Shown piece after piece: positions 42,549 through 51,618 of a stretch of DNA of 64,000 bases (its first letter is position 1; the number at the start of each line of letters is the position of its first letter). Position numbers and translations under genes: made by a program. Source of the stretch: Patescibacteria group bacterium (GTDB lineage: Bacteria; Patescibacteriota; Patescibacteriia; GWA2-46-9); contig JBAZXG010000006.1 in assembly GCA_041660005.1 (NCBI GenBank), forward strand, positions 1,879-65,878, written 5' to 3'. The notes below the pieces were generated by a model. That model did no database searches. It was given only the letters and a program-made list of their open reading frames with translations, and was not told the DNA's origin.

Positions 42549-43996
42549 ATTTTCCTCACAACTCCGGTGTTTCCGTTTACTTCAATTCTGTCACCCGTTT
42601 TAAATACAGCTGTAGCTATCTCTGTTCCCGTAACGCAGGGTATCCTAAGTTCACGAGAAATAATGGCTGCGTGCACGGTTACTCCACCTTCGTTCGTTAC
42701 CACGGCCACAGCTTTTTTCATGGCCGGAACAAAATCAGGGGTCGTCATTGGTGTAACTAAAATGTCTCCCTTTTTCAAAAATTTTATGGCTCGGCGAGGG
42801 TCCTCGGTCACAAATGCCCTACCGGTCGCGATACCAGCCGAGGCTGGTGCACCTTTAACAGAGGTTAGATTATTATTCTTTAATTTCAACTTATTATCAA
42901 TAAAGCGTAACGCTTGTTTACCGGTTTTTTCTAATTTTTTTGAGCCGTTCATAACAACCAAATAACCAGATTTACGATCAATTACTGTACGCTTTGGAAT
43001 TTTGCCGGTTCGAATAACACGACGCAGCTCATTTGGTTTCAGCCAAACGAGATCGGCCATTTTTAAACTATACGTCCGAGCAACTTTTCTTCTAATTTCA
43101 TCCATTAAAAAGAGCGAGCGCATCTGAATTTCTTTTCTTTGATCGTGCATGCGAGCGATCTTGTCAAGAACCGTCAAATAAGGTCGCACTACTTTTTCCG
43201 GCACTTGAAAACGCTTAAGAACGGCACGCCTATTTTCAGCAATTCTTTTTGCGTAGTCTAAAATATACTTTCTCTCTTGTTGATATTCTATTGATGTCAA
43301 TTTCGCACAAGCTCGAGTTTCTTGTTTTATTTTTTTTCGGGTCAACACCCCTCTTCCACCCCAACCTATAGTCAACCAATAATACTTTCGATAAATGTGC
43401 TCGACGTCTTGAGCGCTGACTAGAAATTTTTTATTTTTGATTTTTTTAGAGAGTTCAAGTATGGCCAATTTATAATTCAAAACTTCACTTCTGTACGCTG
43501 GTTGTAAAACCTTGGACCAGGCATCTTTGTCGTCTACTAAGTTCGGATATCCCTGACGTGAAACTTCTCTGGTCACTATTTCTTCAAAAAAGTCATCGAA
43601 CGCATCAATGCCAACACCAACGATACGGCAATGTTCAACAGCTAAGTCATGTATGGTTGTGTACACTTTGATTAAAGCTTCTGTGTTTTTCGGCAAAGTG
43701 GAAGAAATCAATAACGAAAAATACGCCAGAGCATTTTTGTAGTGCTTATTTTCCACTCTATAAAATCTTCCGTTCACACCACTTGTTATCATTTTTTGAA
43801 CCCACTTTACCCCAACATTTTTATACTCAGGCATCCCATAGGCCCAATAAATATGCGACCCCTTAAGCGCAACGGCTAAACGTGGAGCAATATGATACTC
43901 GACGCCGCGCATGGGTTTTGCCATAGATTCAAAGTATGGCTGAAGCGCTGCAAAGGTTACGCCATCCCGTTCATAAAGTTTGTACTGTGCATTCAT
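42545..43996 (-). CDS. PEP-utilizer His-swivel-domain protein, paralog 3
   Basis: GDILVTPMTTPDF...NEGGVTVHAAIISRELRIPCVTG. Confidence 0.9.
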   Translation of the reverse strand: MNAQYKLYERDGVTFAALQPYFESMAKPMRGVEYHIAPRLAVALKGSHIYWAYGMPEYKNVGVKWVQKMITSGVNGRFYRVENKHYKNALAYFSLLISSTLPKNTEALIKVYTTIHDLAVEHCRIVGVGIDAFDDFFEEIVTREVSRQGYPNLVDDKDAWSKVLQPAYRSEVLNYKLAILELSKKIKNKKFLVSAQDVEHIYRKYYWLTIGWGGRGVLTRKKIKQETRACAKLTSIEYQQERKYILDYAKRIAENRRAVLKRFQVPEKVVRPYLTVLDKIARMHDQRKEIQMRSLFLMDEIRRKVARTYSLKMADLVWLKPNELRRVIRTGKIPKRTVIDRKSGYLVVMNGSKKLEKTGKQALRFIDNKLKLKNNNLTSVKGAPASAGIATGRAFVTEDPRRAIKFLKKGDILVTPMTTPDFVPAMKKAVAVVTNEGGVTVHAAIISRELRIPCVTGTEIATAVFKTGDRIEVNGNTGVVRKI

Positions 43997-45465
43997 ACTT
44001 TTTTGACCGTGCCTGTTTTGGTATTAACTTCGACAATATCACCATCTTTAAATACTTTAGTCGCCGCACCAGTGCGAACAAGGCAAGGGATACCCAGTTC
44101 ACGAGATACCACGGCTGCATGAGAGGTCATACCGCCAGTATCTGTAACAACTGCGGCTGCTTTTCGCATCAAAATAACAAACTCTGGAGATGTCATTGGG
44201 GCCACGAGAATATCCCCCTTTTTCATCTTTTTTTGATCTTTAAAGGGGTCTCTAATTATTTTGACTGCCCCTCTAACGTTGTAACCGTTTCCCCGACTAA
44301 CAACCAACCCCCTCACTTCTTTTATACTTTGACTGACTCTTGAGTCATACTTTTTTAGTAACGACTCGGCTTGCTTCCCGTAATATTCTTTTACTTTTTC
44401 TTTTCCAGAAACCCAACAGTAAACTTTAGCTCGAGAGATTATTTTTTTATAATCAAGTTTCTGCCTTTGTGCTAATTGCGTAACCTCCCACGGCCAACAC
44501 CAAACAATATCGTTAAATTTCCAATTGTTTCGCCAAGCAATTTCCTTCACTAACTTGTCTGTGTAAAACTGCATCCTCCAAATGTACATTTTGCGTAAAT
44601 CCTGCCACCAAATTGAGTTGCTGAGTTGTTCAGCCGTGAACTGAACATTTTTCGAAAGTCCGACATTTTTAACTAATGCTCTTTTCTTTTTTTGAGCGTC
44701 GATCATTCGACCCTCAATTTTTCTTATTCTTTTCTGCACATCGGATCGTGACGACAATCTCTTCACCTTTTTTTCAAAATATTGCTCACTCAAAATCTTA
44801 CTTCCCGCATAGTTACTCAGTAGCAAACGATATAGCTCTGCATGTTTCAAAAAAGCATTCAGCCGCTTTTTTTTGTTTTTTATCAATGCCAACCGTAACA
44901 AATCAAGCTCCTCCTGTTGAGTAAAGGAAAGTTTTGTGAGCGCTGACAAAGTTTCTAAATAATCTTCGGCCTTGTTTGCATCAATTTTTTTCAGACTATC
45001 ATAAAGAATTTTTTCTCCTCCCCAATTGGCAATCTCTGGTATATGCACAATACACCACAATGCATCCATGCAAACGTACGTAATCTCATAGAGAAGCAAT
45101 AAATCTTTGTCTGACAATCTTTTTACATCAACCGCTTCTAAAAAACTTATAATTTTCCTGGATTCGAGTACCCACCTTTCCCACCGTGACCAAAGCAACT
45201 GATAATTTTTTTTGTTTAAAAAATATTTTATAAAATACTTCTGACCCGTTTGTTCAAGGATGTTGTATTCAACAATCCCTACAATTTTTCCATCTTGAAA
45301 AGCCGCTACCATAGATGGCCATGGCCAAGGATAATCTTTCTTATTTTTTCTTCCTGGACCTTTTAAGGTATCACCCCAAATTCCAACGTACAATGGACGA
45401 CCCTCTACGGGTCCCCATTTAAAGAGTGACCTTTGCGGATTCACCATATAAGACGACCGGTGCAA
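43993..45465 (-). CDS. PEP-utilizer His-swivel-domain protein, paralog 4
   Basis: GDILVAPMTSPEF...DTGGMTSHAAVVSRELGIPCLV. Confidence 0.9.
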   Translation of the reverse strand: MHRSSYMVNPQRSLFKWGPVEGRPLYVGIWGDTLKGPGRKNKKDYPWPWPSMVAAFQDGKIVGIVEYNILEQTGQKYFIKYFLNKKNYQLLWSRWERWVLESRKIISFLEAVDVKRLSDKDLLLLYEITYVCMDALWCIVHIPEIANWGGEKILYDSLKKIDANKAEDYLETLSALTKLSFTQQEELDLLRLALIKNKKKRLNAFLKHAELYRLLLSNYAGSKILSEQYFEKKVKRLSSRSDVQKRIRKIEGRMIDAQKKKRALVKNVGLSKNVQFTAEQLSNSIWWQDLRKMYIWRMQFYTDKLVKEIAWRNNWKFNDIVWCWPWEVTQLAQRQKLDYKKIISRAKVYCWVSGKEKVKEYYGKQAESLLKKYDSRVSQSIKEVRGLVVSRGNGYNVRGAVKIIRDPFKDQKKMKKGDILVAPMTSPEFVILMRKAAAVVTDTGGMTSHAAVVSRELGIPCLVRTGAATKVFKDGDIVEVNTKTGTVKKV

Positions 45466-45468
45466 TAA

Positions 45469-46479
45469 CTAATGCTGTGCATCTTCGGCTTCAAACTTCG
45501 TTTGTGCCGCCGCAGCTAACTCAATTATTTTATCCCAATCTAAAGAAACTTTTTTACCCTCAAAAAGCTTTGCGCGCGCTGGGTCGGTAAACTCACAAGA
45601 AATTTCCGTATCTCGAGTAAAATCAGCAATATTTCGAGGATCGCCAAGCCGAGTATCCCTTTGAAGCTTAAGACGTAAGGCTGTCGCTTGGCTTGTAAAG
45701 CCGCCAATTTCGTCAACATCATCAAAGCCAATTTTTCTCTCTCCCGTTTTTTCATCCTCAACAACTAAAGCATATTTGTATAAAGATTCAGCGAACATAC
45801 CACTGCCGACAATTGGAATGGCTTTTGTTTCTCCTCCCTTCACTCCACGGCGAGAAAGTTCTAGGGTCTTCATGAGCTCATATGCCTCATTTTCTGCCAT
45901 AGTCCTAACTTCGGGTTCCTTTTGCATGGCTTTTCTGAAAGCAATGTTTTGTGCCATCTCCACATATTTCACTCTAAATTCTGGGTCCTGCTTAAATCTC
46001 TCCTGCTCTTCCGGACTTAGACCAGAAACCAGTCGACTAATCTCTGTACTCACAAGTTCCATTTCAGCTCTAAATTTATCAAGAAGACCCGCCCCCTTAT
46101 AGTCAACACCAATGCCACGACGCGTACCAATCACTTTACCTTTTCCATTACGCACTCGAGCTGGGCCGAGATCTTTTGACAGTCTTCCGACACCAAACCG
46201 TCCGCTCCCTTTTAATATATCTTCCCCTGTCTCACCATGGCGCGACTCGTCTCCGCCTCTTGGATGAACGAGAGTCACTTCTGGTGGGTAGGCCTCACCA
46301 AATTCTCTAGACATTTGTTTACCGGCAGGGGTCAAATCTGTTGGATCTTTGAAAGTAATAATACTGCCATCACTGAACGTAATCTTTCTCTCTCCTCCAT
46401 AACGACTACCGTGTCGTCCTAGGTCAATATAGGTAGTTGCAACAAATTGTTTTTCAGCCTCTGGGTTTCTTTCTACCAT
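45469..46479 (-). CDS. Histidine-phosphatase-superfamily-like protein
   Basis: YIDLGRHG near the N-terminus, LTPAG; the second His motif appears replaced (IVGSG). Confidence 0.6.
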   Translation of the reverse strand: MVERNPEAEKQFVATTYIDLGRHGSRYGGERKITFSDGSIITFKDPTDLTPAGKQMSREFGEAYPPEVTLVHPRGGDESRHGETGEDILKGSGRFGVGRLSKDLGPARVRNGKGKVIGTRRGIGVDYKGAGLLDKFRAEMELVSTEISRLVSGLSPEEQERFKQDPEFRVKYVEMAQNIAFRKAMQKEPEVRTMAENEAYELMKTLELSRRGVKGGETKAIPIVGSGMFAESLYKYALVVEDEKTGERKIGFDDVDEIGGFTSQATALRLKLQRDTRLGDPRNIADFTRDTEISCEFTDPARAKLFEGKKVSLDWDKIIELAAAAQTKFEAEDAQH

Positions 46480-46480
46480 A

Positions 46481-47074
46481 TTAAAAGATGCTAAATAAAT
46501 CTTTTTTAAGTTGGCCTACTGACGTATAGAGTAGCACTTTCATACCCGCATCGTTAGCACCTTGCACCCTTTCAGGGCGATCGTCAATATAGACGGCCTC
46601 TTCTCCTTTAACCCCTGCCCTTGCAAGGGCTAAATCAAAAATTCTTTTGTCCGGCTTTCGAATATGGTCGAACCCCGACACCGTTTTTACGGTAAACAAA
46701 TTGTCCCATCCGTAGCTACTGTTTAAATACTCAAACCACTCCTTGGGATTATTGGATATCACTCCGAGAATGAATTTTCCTTTCAATGTCTTTATAAATT
46801 CATAGAGCTCAGTATTGGGAGCAAAATGTCCGTAGATGTTTTTATTTAGCTCAACAATATTGAGTTCACCCTTAAAATCTTTTTTTAGTTCTTCGTAATA
46901 TTTTTTTTCAGAAATATTCCCTAGGGTAAACTCCTTCCAATACGGCCGATCGTGGGCTGAGGCGTAAAGCTCGCCCGCGTTTAAACCATGTGACTCTTCA
47001 TACTGCCGAATACCGGGATTATACCCTTCGGTCACTAACACACTACCGGAATCGAAGAATATTGCCTTCACCAT
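46481..47074 (-). CDS. HAD-family hydrolase (YihX-like)
   Basis: IFFDSGSVL, ISNN, RKPD, YIDD. Confidence 0.88.
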   Translation of the reverse strand: MVKAIFFDSGSVLVTEGYNPGIRQYEESHGLNAGELYASAHDRPYWKEFTLGNISEKKYYEELKKDFKGELNIVELNKNIYGHFAPNTELYEFIKTLKGKFILGVISNNPKEWFEYLNSSYGWDNLFTVKTVSGFDHIRKPDKRIFDLALARAGVKGEEAVYIDDRPERVQGANDAGMKVLLYTSVGQLKKDLFSIF

Positions 47075-47086
47075 ACTGTTTAGGCT

Positions 47087-48583
47087 CTATTTTGCCCGTT
47101 CAAGAATACGGACGATTCCTTTTTGCGCATCAACTTCCAATAAATCATTGTCACGAATAATGCGCGTGCCATTCTCTGTAGCGATAACGCACGGCACGCC
47201 GAGTTCGCGCGAAACAATTGCCGCATGTGATGAAAGCCCACCCTGATCTGCCACAACTGCCGCCGCTTTTTCCATAGCTGGTACAAAATCTGGCGTAGTG
47301 AATTGAGCAACGAGAATATCACCCCGGTTTACTTTGCCGATTTCACTTTTGTCCAGACACACCTTGGCTCTTCCTTTGATGATTCCACCAAGACAAGCCA
47401 TTCTTCCAAAAATTTCTTCTTCTTGTTTAACATCAACATAATACTTTTTTTCTAACTGCTTAATCCTTGCAGGATCAGTAATCAGTTCAGTAACGGCATT
47501 CCTAACCAGCATTGCATAGTCGCGAAGTCGCCGTTGCATCTCAGATATGTTCGGCAGTGATTTACCCTTGAGCGCACCAAACATTTCTGGCACCGACACC
47601 TCCATTATCCAGTCTTCATTAAACTTGGAACGCTTGGCAACTTCGGCATACATGAAACTTGCGCCATAGTCAGCATTAAAAAAAGCTTCCACTCTGCGGT
47701 TACGCATATACGAATGCATTCTTGCTTGCTTGATGATATGTAGAAAATCCTTTTTGGGTTTAATTTTCTTTAACGCCCACTTATAGTCATCTTTAATTTT
47801 CTGCTCAGAAGCTTGGTAAATTAAATCGCTGATAGACTCCCCCGCACTAATCTGCTTCTTTATTTCCTTTAACCTATCCACGATGTCCTTGAAGTTGTAC
47901 GGCTTACTTGTTGCGAGCCCCCTGTTAATATACGCAAATTTATCTAAATGCTTCTCAATAATTCCTGTTGCTTTTTTTGACAAGTGGCTAAGATCTTCTT
48001 TTCTTTCGGCAAATACTTTGGCGATACGGACAAGCTTCCACCGCTCTTCGGCGACATCGGTCATGTCCTCTGGGTCGGTAAAGATCAGCACATATTTCCT
48101 AAAATCCGGATTATCGGCAGATATATAGGACAACAATTGTTCTTCAATTAATCCTTCAAAATAAATATCAAGTGAATACTGTGCGTACCATGCGCACATT
48201 AGTGGACTATACTCTTCGAGGAGTGTCTTAAGAACGGACTCCATTTGTTTATTCGTCTTTTTGCTCCAGTCAACCTTTTTAAGTGCGAGTCCTTTTTTAT
48301 ACAAATGCTCGGCCCTCTTTAATTGCTGCTTAGCATATTTTTCAAACCAGCCGTCATTCTTTTTCATGTGACCAAGAAGCTCTTCTTCGAAAGGATTATA
48401 CTCTTCAGCTGACCAATACATCATGTGGTGCAAATATGCTCTATTAGGCAAGGTACGAGTGAAATAAGATTTTTTCGCGTTTTCGGCAGTGAACGACGCA
48501 TTAATGATAAACCTGATAAAAATCGGCAGTTTCCCCGATGGTTTGATTCTCCATTTTCCCGAATGCATAACAGCTCCAATCAT
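47087..48583 (-). CDS. PEP-utilizer His-swivel-domain protein, paralog 5
   Basis: GDILVAQFTTPDF...DQGGLSSHAAIVSRELGVPCVI. Confidence 0.9.
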   Translation of the reverse strand: MIGAVMHSGKWRIKPSGKLPIFIRFIINASFTAENAKKSYFTRTLPNRAYLHHMMYWSAEEYNPFEEELLGHMKKNDGWFEKYAKQQLKRAEHLYKKGLALKKVDWSKKTNKQMESVLKTLLEEYSPLMCAWYAQYSLDIYFEGLIEEQLLSYISADNPDFRKYVLIFTDPEDMTDVAEERWKLVRIAKVFAERKEDLSHLSKKATGIIEKHLDKFAYINRGLATSKPYNFKDIVDRLKEIKKQISAGESISDLIYQASEQKIKDDYKWALKKIKPKKDFLHIIKQARMHSYMRNRRVEAFFNADYGASFMYAEVAKRSKFNEDWIMEVSVPEMFGALKGKSLPNISEMQRRLRDYAMLVRNAVTELITDPARIKQLEKKYYVDVKQEEEIFGRMACLGGIIKGRAKVCLDKSEIGKVNRGDILVAQFTTPDFVPAMEKAAAVVADQGGLSSHAAIVSRELGVPCVIATENGTRIIRDNDLLEVDAQKGIVRILERAK

Positions 48584-48601
48584 ATATTTCAGTTGAATTG
48601 A

Positions 48602-49171
48602 TTAAAGTAGTTTGTCGAAACAATGCGGATGTTCTATATAATATGAAAGCTCGCGCACAAAAGTTTCTACTAAGTTAATTTTGTTTTGTTGATGTAGTGC
48701 CCAAACTTCCTGTAGGTCGAAGGCATCAAAATCACTAATTTCAACTTTATTCGGAACGAATGGGCCGTCTGTTTGTCCTATGTACCAATATACCATGATG
48801 CCTCCTATCGATAAATCGGGCATGGGCAAAATTTTAAATAGGGTAATTTCTGTGTCGATCGACAGCTCCTCAGACAATTCACGCTTTGCTTCTTCTAGAA
48901 TTTCCTCTTTCGTGCTCGCGCCTGCGCCTACAAAACCACCGACTGCATACGACCAGCAATTGGGCTGTAAGTCTTTTGTAGCGCTACGCTGTTGTAGCCA
49001 AAATTTCCCGTCAGTATTACGTAACCAAATATGGGCTGACCGTCTCATTATTTTTTTGTTTGTTAAAAACTCTCTCCTACTCGCTCGACCAATGACCCTG
49101 TCGTTCATGTCAACAATATCATGAAGCTCTTCCAGCGAGTCAGTGGTATTGGTTAAGTTGACTTGACTCAT
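48602..49171 (-). CDS. Nudix hydrolase (IDI/YfcD-like)
   Basis: WLQQRSATKD...VGGFV...AKRELSEELSI. Confidence 0.85.
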   Translation of the reverse strand: MSQVNLTNTTDSLEELHDIVDMNDRVIGRASRREFLTNKKIMRRSAHIWLRNTDGKFWLQQRSATKDLQPNCWSYAVGGFVGAGASTKEEILEEAKRELSEELSIDTEITLFKILPMPDLSIGGIMVYWYIGQTDGPFVPNKVEISDFDAFDLQEVWALHQQNKINLVETFVRELSYYIEHPHCFDKLL

Positions 49172-49174
49172 AAA

Positions 49175-49813
49175 CTATTCGTGTAATTTTTGTTCTACGT
49201 CTTGCAGGTCATACAGATTTCCTATTTCTGCATAACCTTGCTTCACTCTGGCACCTTTATTGTCGTTTTGTATATGATAGGTGCGGTATGTAAAATCAGG
49301 GAGTTCACTAATCAATTCATCGGCAGCTTCGATAAACGACTGGCAGTTAATTACCCTGTCGTCGGTATAGACAACTGTCTTAAATCCTTCATTATATTTT
49401 CTTTTTAATAAGTCCTTCAACATCTCTTTTGTTTTGCAGTTAGTGTCTCCGTAATCAAACGTGCTATTAATTTCTTCTATGAAATCACGAAAATCAAACC
49501 CGCAACGAGGATTCAAATATTCTGCACGCCAATCAAGTTGCTCGCGGTTACCTTGAGTAAAAACAATATTATTTTTTGTCCATGTTAAAACATCTTTAAA
49601 TCCTTTATTCGGACCCAATTTGAACATCCCTTTTTTGTAAGGTTTTTCATAAAGCCACTCATAGTCACGCGGGCTAATTGTTTTTAAGTCATATCCTAAG
49701 GATTCGACATACGCGCCCATGTTCGAAAAACCTGTACCCTCAGCATCCCAAGGTTCGAGTATGATGGTATTTGCAATGTCCCAAATATAGAGGGTTTTAC
49801 TCTCGCTCGTCAT
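49175..49813 (-). CDS. Divergent HAD-fold protein
   Basis: LYIWDIANT motif I-like, FTQG motif II-like, VVYTDD motif IV-like. Confidence 0.65.
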   Translation of the reverse strand: MTSESKTLYIWDIANTIILEPWDAEGTGFSNMGAYVESLGYDLKTISPRDYEWLYEKPYKKGMFKLGPNKGFKDVLTWTKNNIVFTQGNREQLDWRAEYLNPRCGFDFRDFIEEINSTFDYGDTNCKTKEMLKDLLKRKYNEGFKTVVYTDDRVINCQSFIEAADELISELPDFTYRTYHIQNDNKGARVKQGYAEIGNLYDLQDVEQKLHE

Positions 49814-49815
49814 AT

Positions 49816-51297
49816 TTATATTTTTTTCACCACTCCATGATTTGCGTTAACTTCTACAAGGTCTCCGTCTTTCAAAACCTCTGTGGCTATTTTAGTTCCA
49901 ATAATACAAGGTATTCCGAGTTCCCTCGAAATAATTGCGGCGTGTGAAGTAACGCCACCTTCGTCAGTTACAATCGCAGCAGCTAACTTCATGGCAGATA
50001 TGTAATCAGGCCTCGTCATAACGGCTACCAGAATATCGCCTCTCTGAATCTTATTAACTTCTTTTACGCTTTTTAGCACCTTAACTCTCCCAACGACTTT
50101 TCCAGTAGAAGCAGCTAACCCTCTGAATTCGTTCATACCTGATACATCGGTACTGCCGAAAATTTTTTCTTTTACGGCATCCGCATCGTGACCAGACAAT
50201 GCTTCATGGCCTTCTTTGTCCCAATAAAAAACACAACCTTTTCTCCTCTCCCTTAACTCTTTTACCTTTGGCTTTTCCTGAAAAATTTTCGACACCTCTC
50301 TCGGGCTCAAATACTTAAGCTCTTCCAAGGGAATTCTTACCCTGCGGCTAATCTCTCCCAAAATTAAACTCATGTAATGCATTGTCCAAAACACCGCCTT
50401 TTTACGATCATCCTGCCACTTAGTAAAATCTTCTGAAATAGTGATCATTGCTTTGAGCTCACTCGATAGCTGCAATTTTTTCATCATTTCTTGCTTCTTT
50501 TTCTTATTCAACGCTGGCGTTTCTTTAACCCTTTTGAGTTCCTCTTTTATATTAAGCTTCAGTTTTTTAAGATTCGCTATTTCTTTTTTAAAATAGTCAA
50601 CACTCAACACATGATGATCCACATAATTATTATGAATCCAGAAGTAACTTTGCTGATGCTTTTTTAATGCTTCCCGACCCCCCTGCAGCGCAACGCTAAG
50701 TAAGCTCACCTCTGCTTCATTAATAAAAGAAAGATGTACCGGAGCGGTTAAAATAGAAAAAACATCTGTAAAACGGTGAGTGTTTTTTATCTTGGACTGG
50801 TTATACGCCACTTGGATCTTTTTTGCCACCAACTCATCAGTGCCAAGAGCAAAAGCGTCAATTAAGGAACTAGAGCTATTTCTCTTTAATATAACTTCTA
50901 CAAAGTCATCATGGAGCTGCATCAACGCTCGATTATTGAGCTTTGTTAACTTCTTTTGTTTAACTTCTTTGCATTTCTGATAAAATGCTACCTCATCTTT
51001 TTTCCAGAGCTCCATAAAGTAACGACTGACATGGGGAATCTTTTTCGCTCTTTTAAGTATGGCAGTATATGTTCTTTTGATGTCTCGCATCAAAATGTAC
51101 CAACTCATCCCTCCATCTCTAAAAAAACCATAATGTACACTACAGTCACCACCGAGCTTCCTTTCTTTGTGTACCTGAATTTCTGCTTCCGCAATGAAGT
51201 GAACAAAGTAGGGCGAGGCATCAAATGCTTGAAGATACCACTGTTTCCGAGTCCACAAATGTAGTTTTCTTTTTGTTAACCCTTTAATGTATTGCAT
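49816..51297 (-). CDS. PEP-utilizer His-swivel-domain protein, paralog 6
   Basis: GDILVAVMTRPDY...DEGGVTSHAAIISRELGIPCIIG; start moved to MQYIKG (51297). Confidence 0.9.
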   Translation of the reverse strand: MQYIKGLTKRKLHLWTRKQWYLQAFDASPYFVHFIAEAEIQVHKERKLGGDCSVHYGFFRDGGMSWYILMRDIKRTYTAILKRAKKIPHVSRYFMELWKKDEVAFYQKCKEVKQKKLTKLNNRALMQLHDDFVEVILKRNSSSSLIDAFALGTDELVAKKIQVAYNQSKIKNTHRFTDVFSILTAPVHLSFINEAEVSLLSVALQGGREALKKHQQSYFWIHNNYVDHHVLSVDYFKKEIANLKKLKLNIKEELKRVKETPALNKKKKQEMMKKLQLSSELKAMITISEDFTKWQDDRKKAVFWTMHYMSLILGEISRRVRIPLEELKYLSPREVSKIFQEKPKVKELRERRKGCVFYWDKEGHEALSGHDADAVKEKIFGSTDVSGMNEFRGLAASTGKVVGRVKVLKSVKEVNKIQRGDILVAVMTRPDYISAMKLAAAIVTDEGGVTSHAAIISRELGIPCIIGTKIATEVLKDGDLVEVNANHGVVKKI

Positions 51298-51375
51298 GAA
51301 ATTTTTATTGCCGAGGATAGCGAGTGAAGCGCAAATAGCAATTTGCATTTCCGAGCGACGATAGAATCAAAGGGT

Positions 51376-51464
51376 TTAATACCCCGCGGCTACGCCGCGA
51401 TCCCTTTCTCAATCCGCCCACTGGCGGATTGATGGATCCAGGGCTTTGCCCTGGGGTTAATACC
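51376..51464. mobile_element. MITE-like three-hairpin element bounded by 8-bp direct repeats
   Basis: TTAATACC at 51376 and 51457 flanking CGCGGC-TAC-GCCGCG, TCAATCCGCC-CACT-GGCGGATTGA and CCAGGGC-TTT-GCCCTGG. Confidence 0.55.
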
Positions 51465-51584
51465 ATTTATTTGCTTTTCTGTGAGATACCGTTACTTTAG
51501 CCGGTAATGAAAGTTTAGGCAAATCAAAAAACTACGAATTTTCTAAGAAAAACGGGCATTTTCTCAGTATTTTCCGCTTAACCA

Positions 51585-51613
51585 TTGACACATTTCAAGG
51601 GATGCGCTATGCT
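51585..51613 (+). promoter_or_regulatory. Sigma70-type promoter of the candidate ncRNA
   Basis: TTGACA-17 bp-TATGCT. Confidence 0.7.
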
Positions 51614-51618
51614 ACTTA

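Noticed and set aside
37810-51464. Prophage or integrative element at tRNA-His
   Set aside because: There is no integrase, phage gene or tRNA 3'-end duplication, and the cluster lies on the 5' side of the tRNA.
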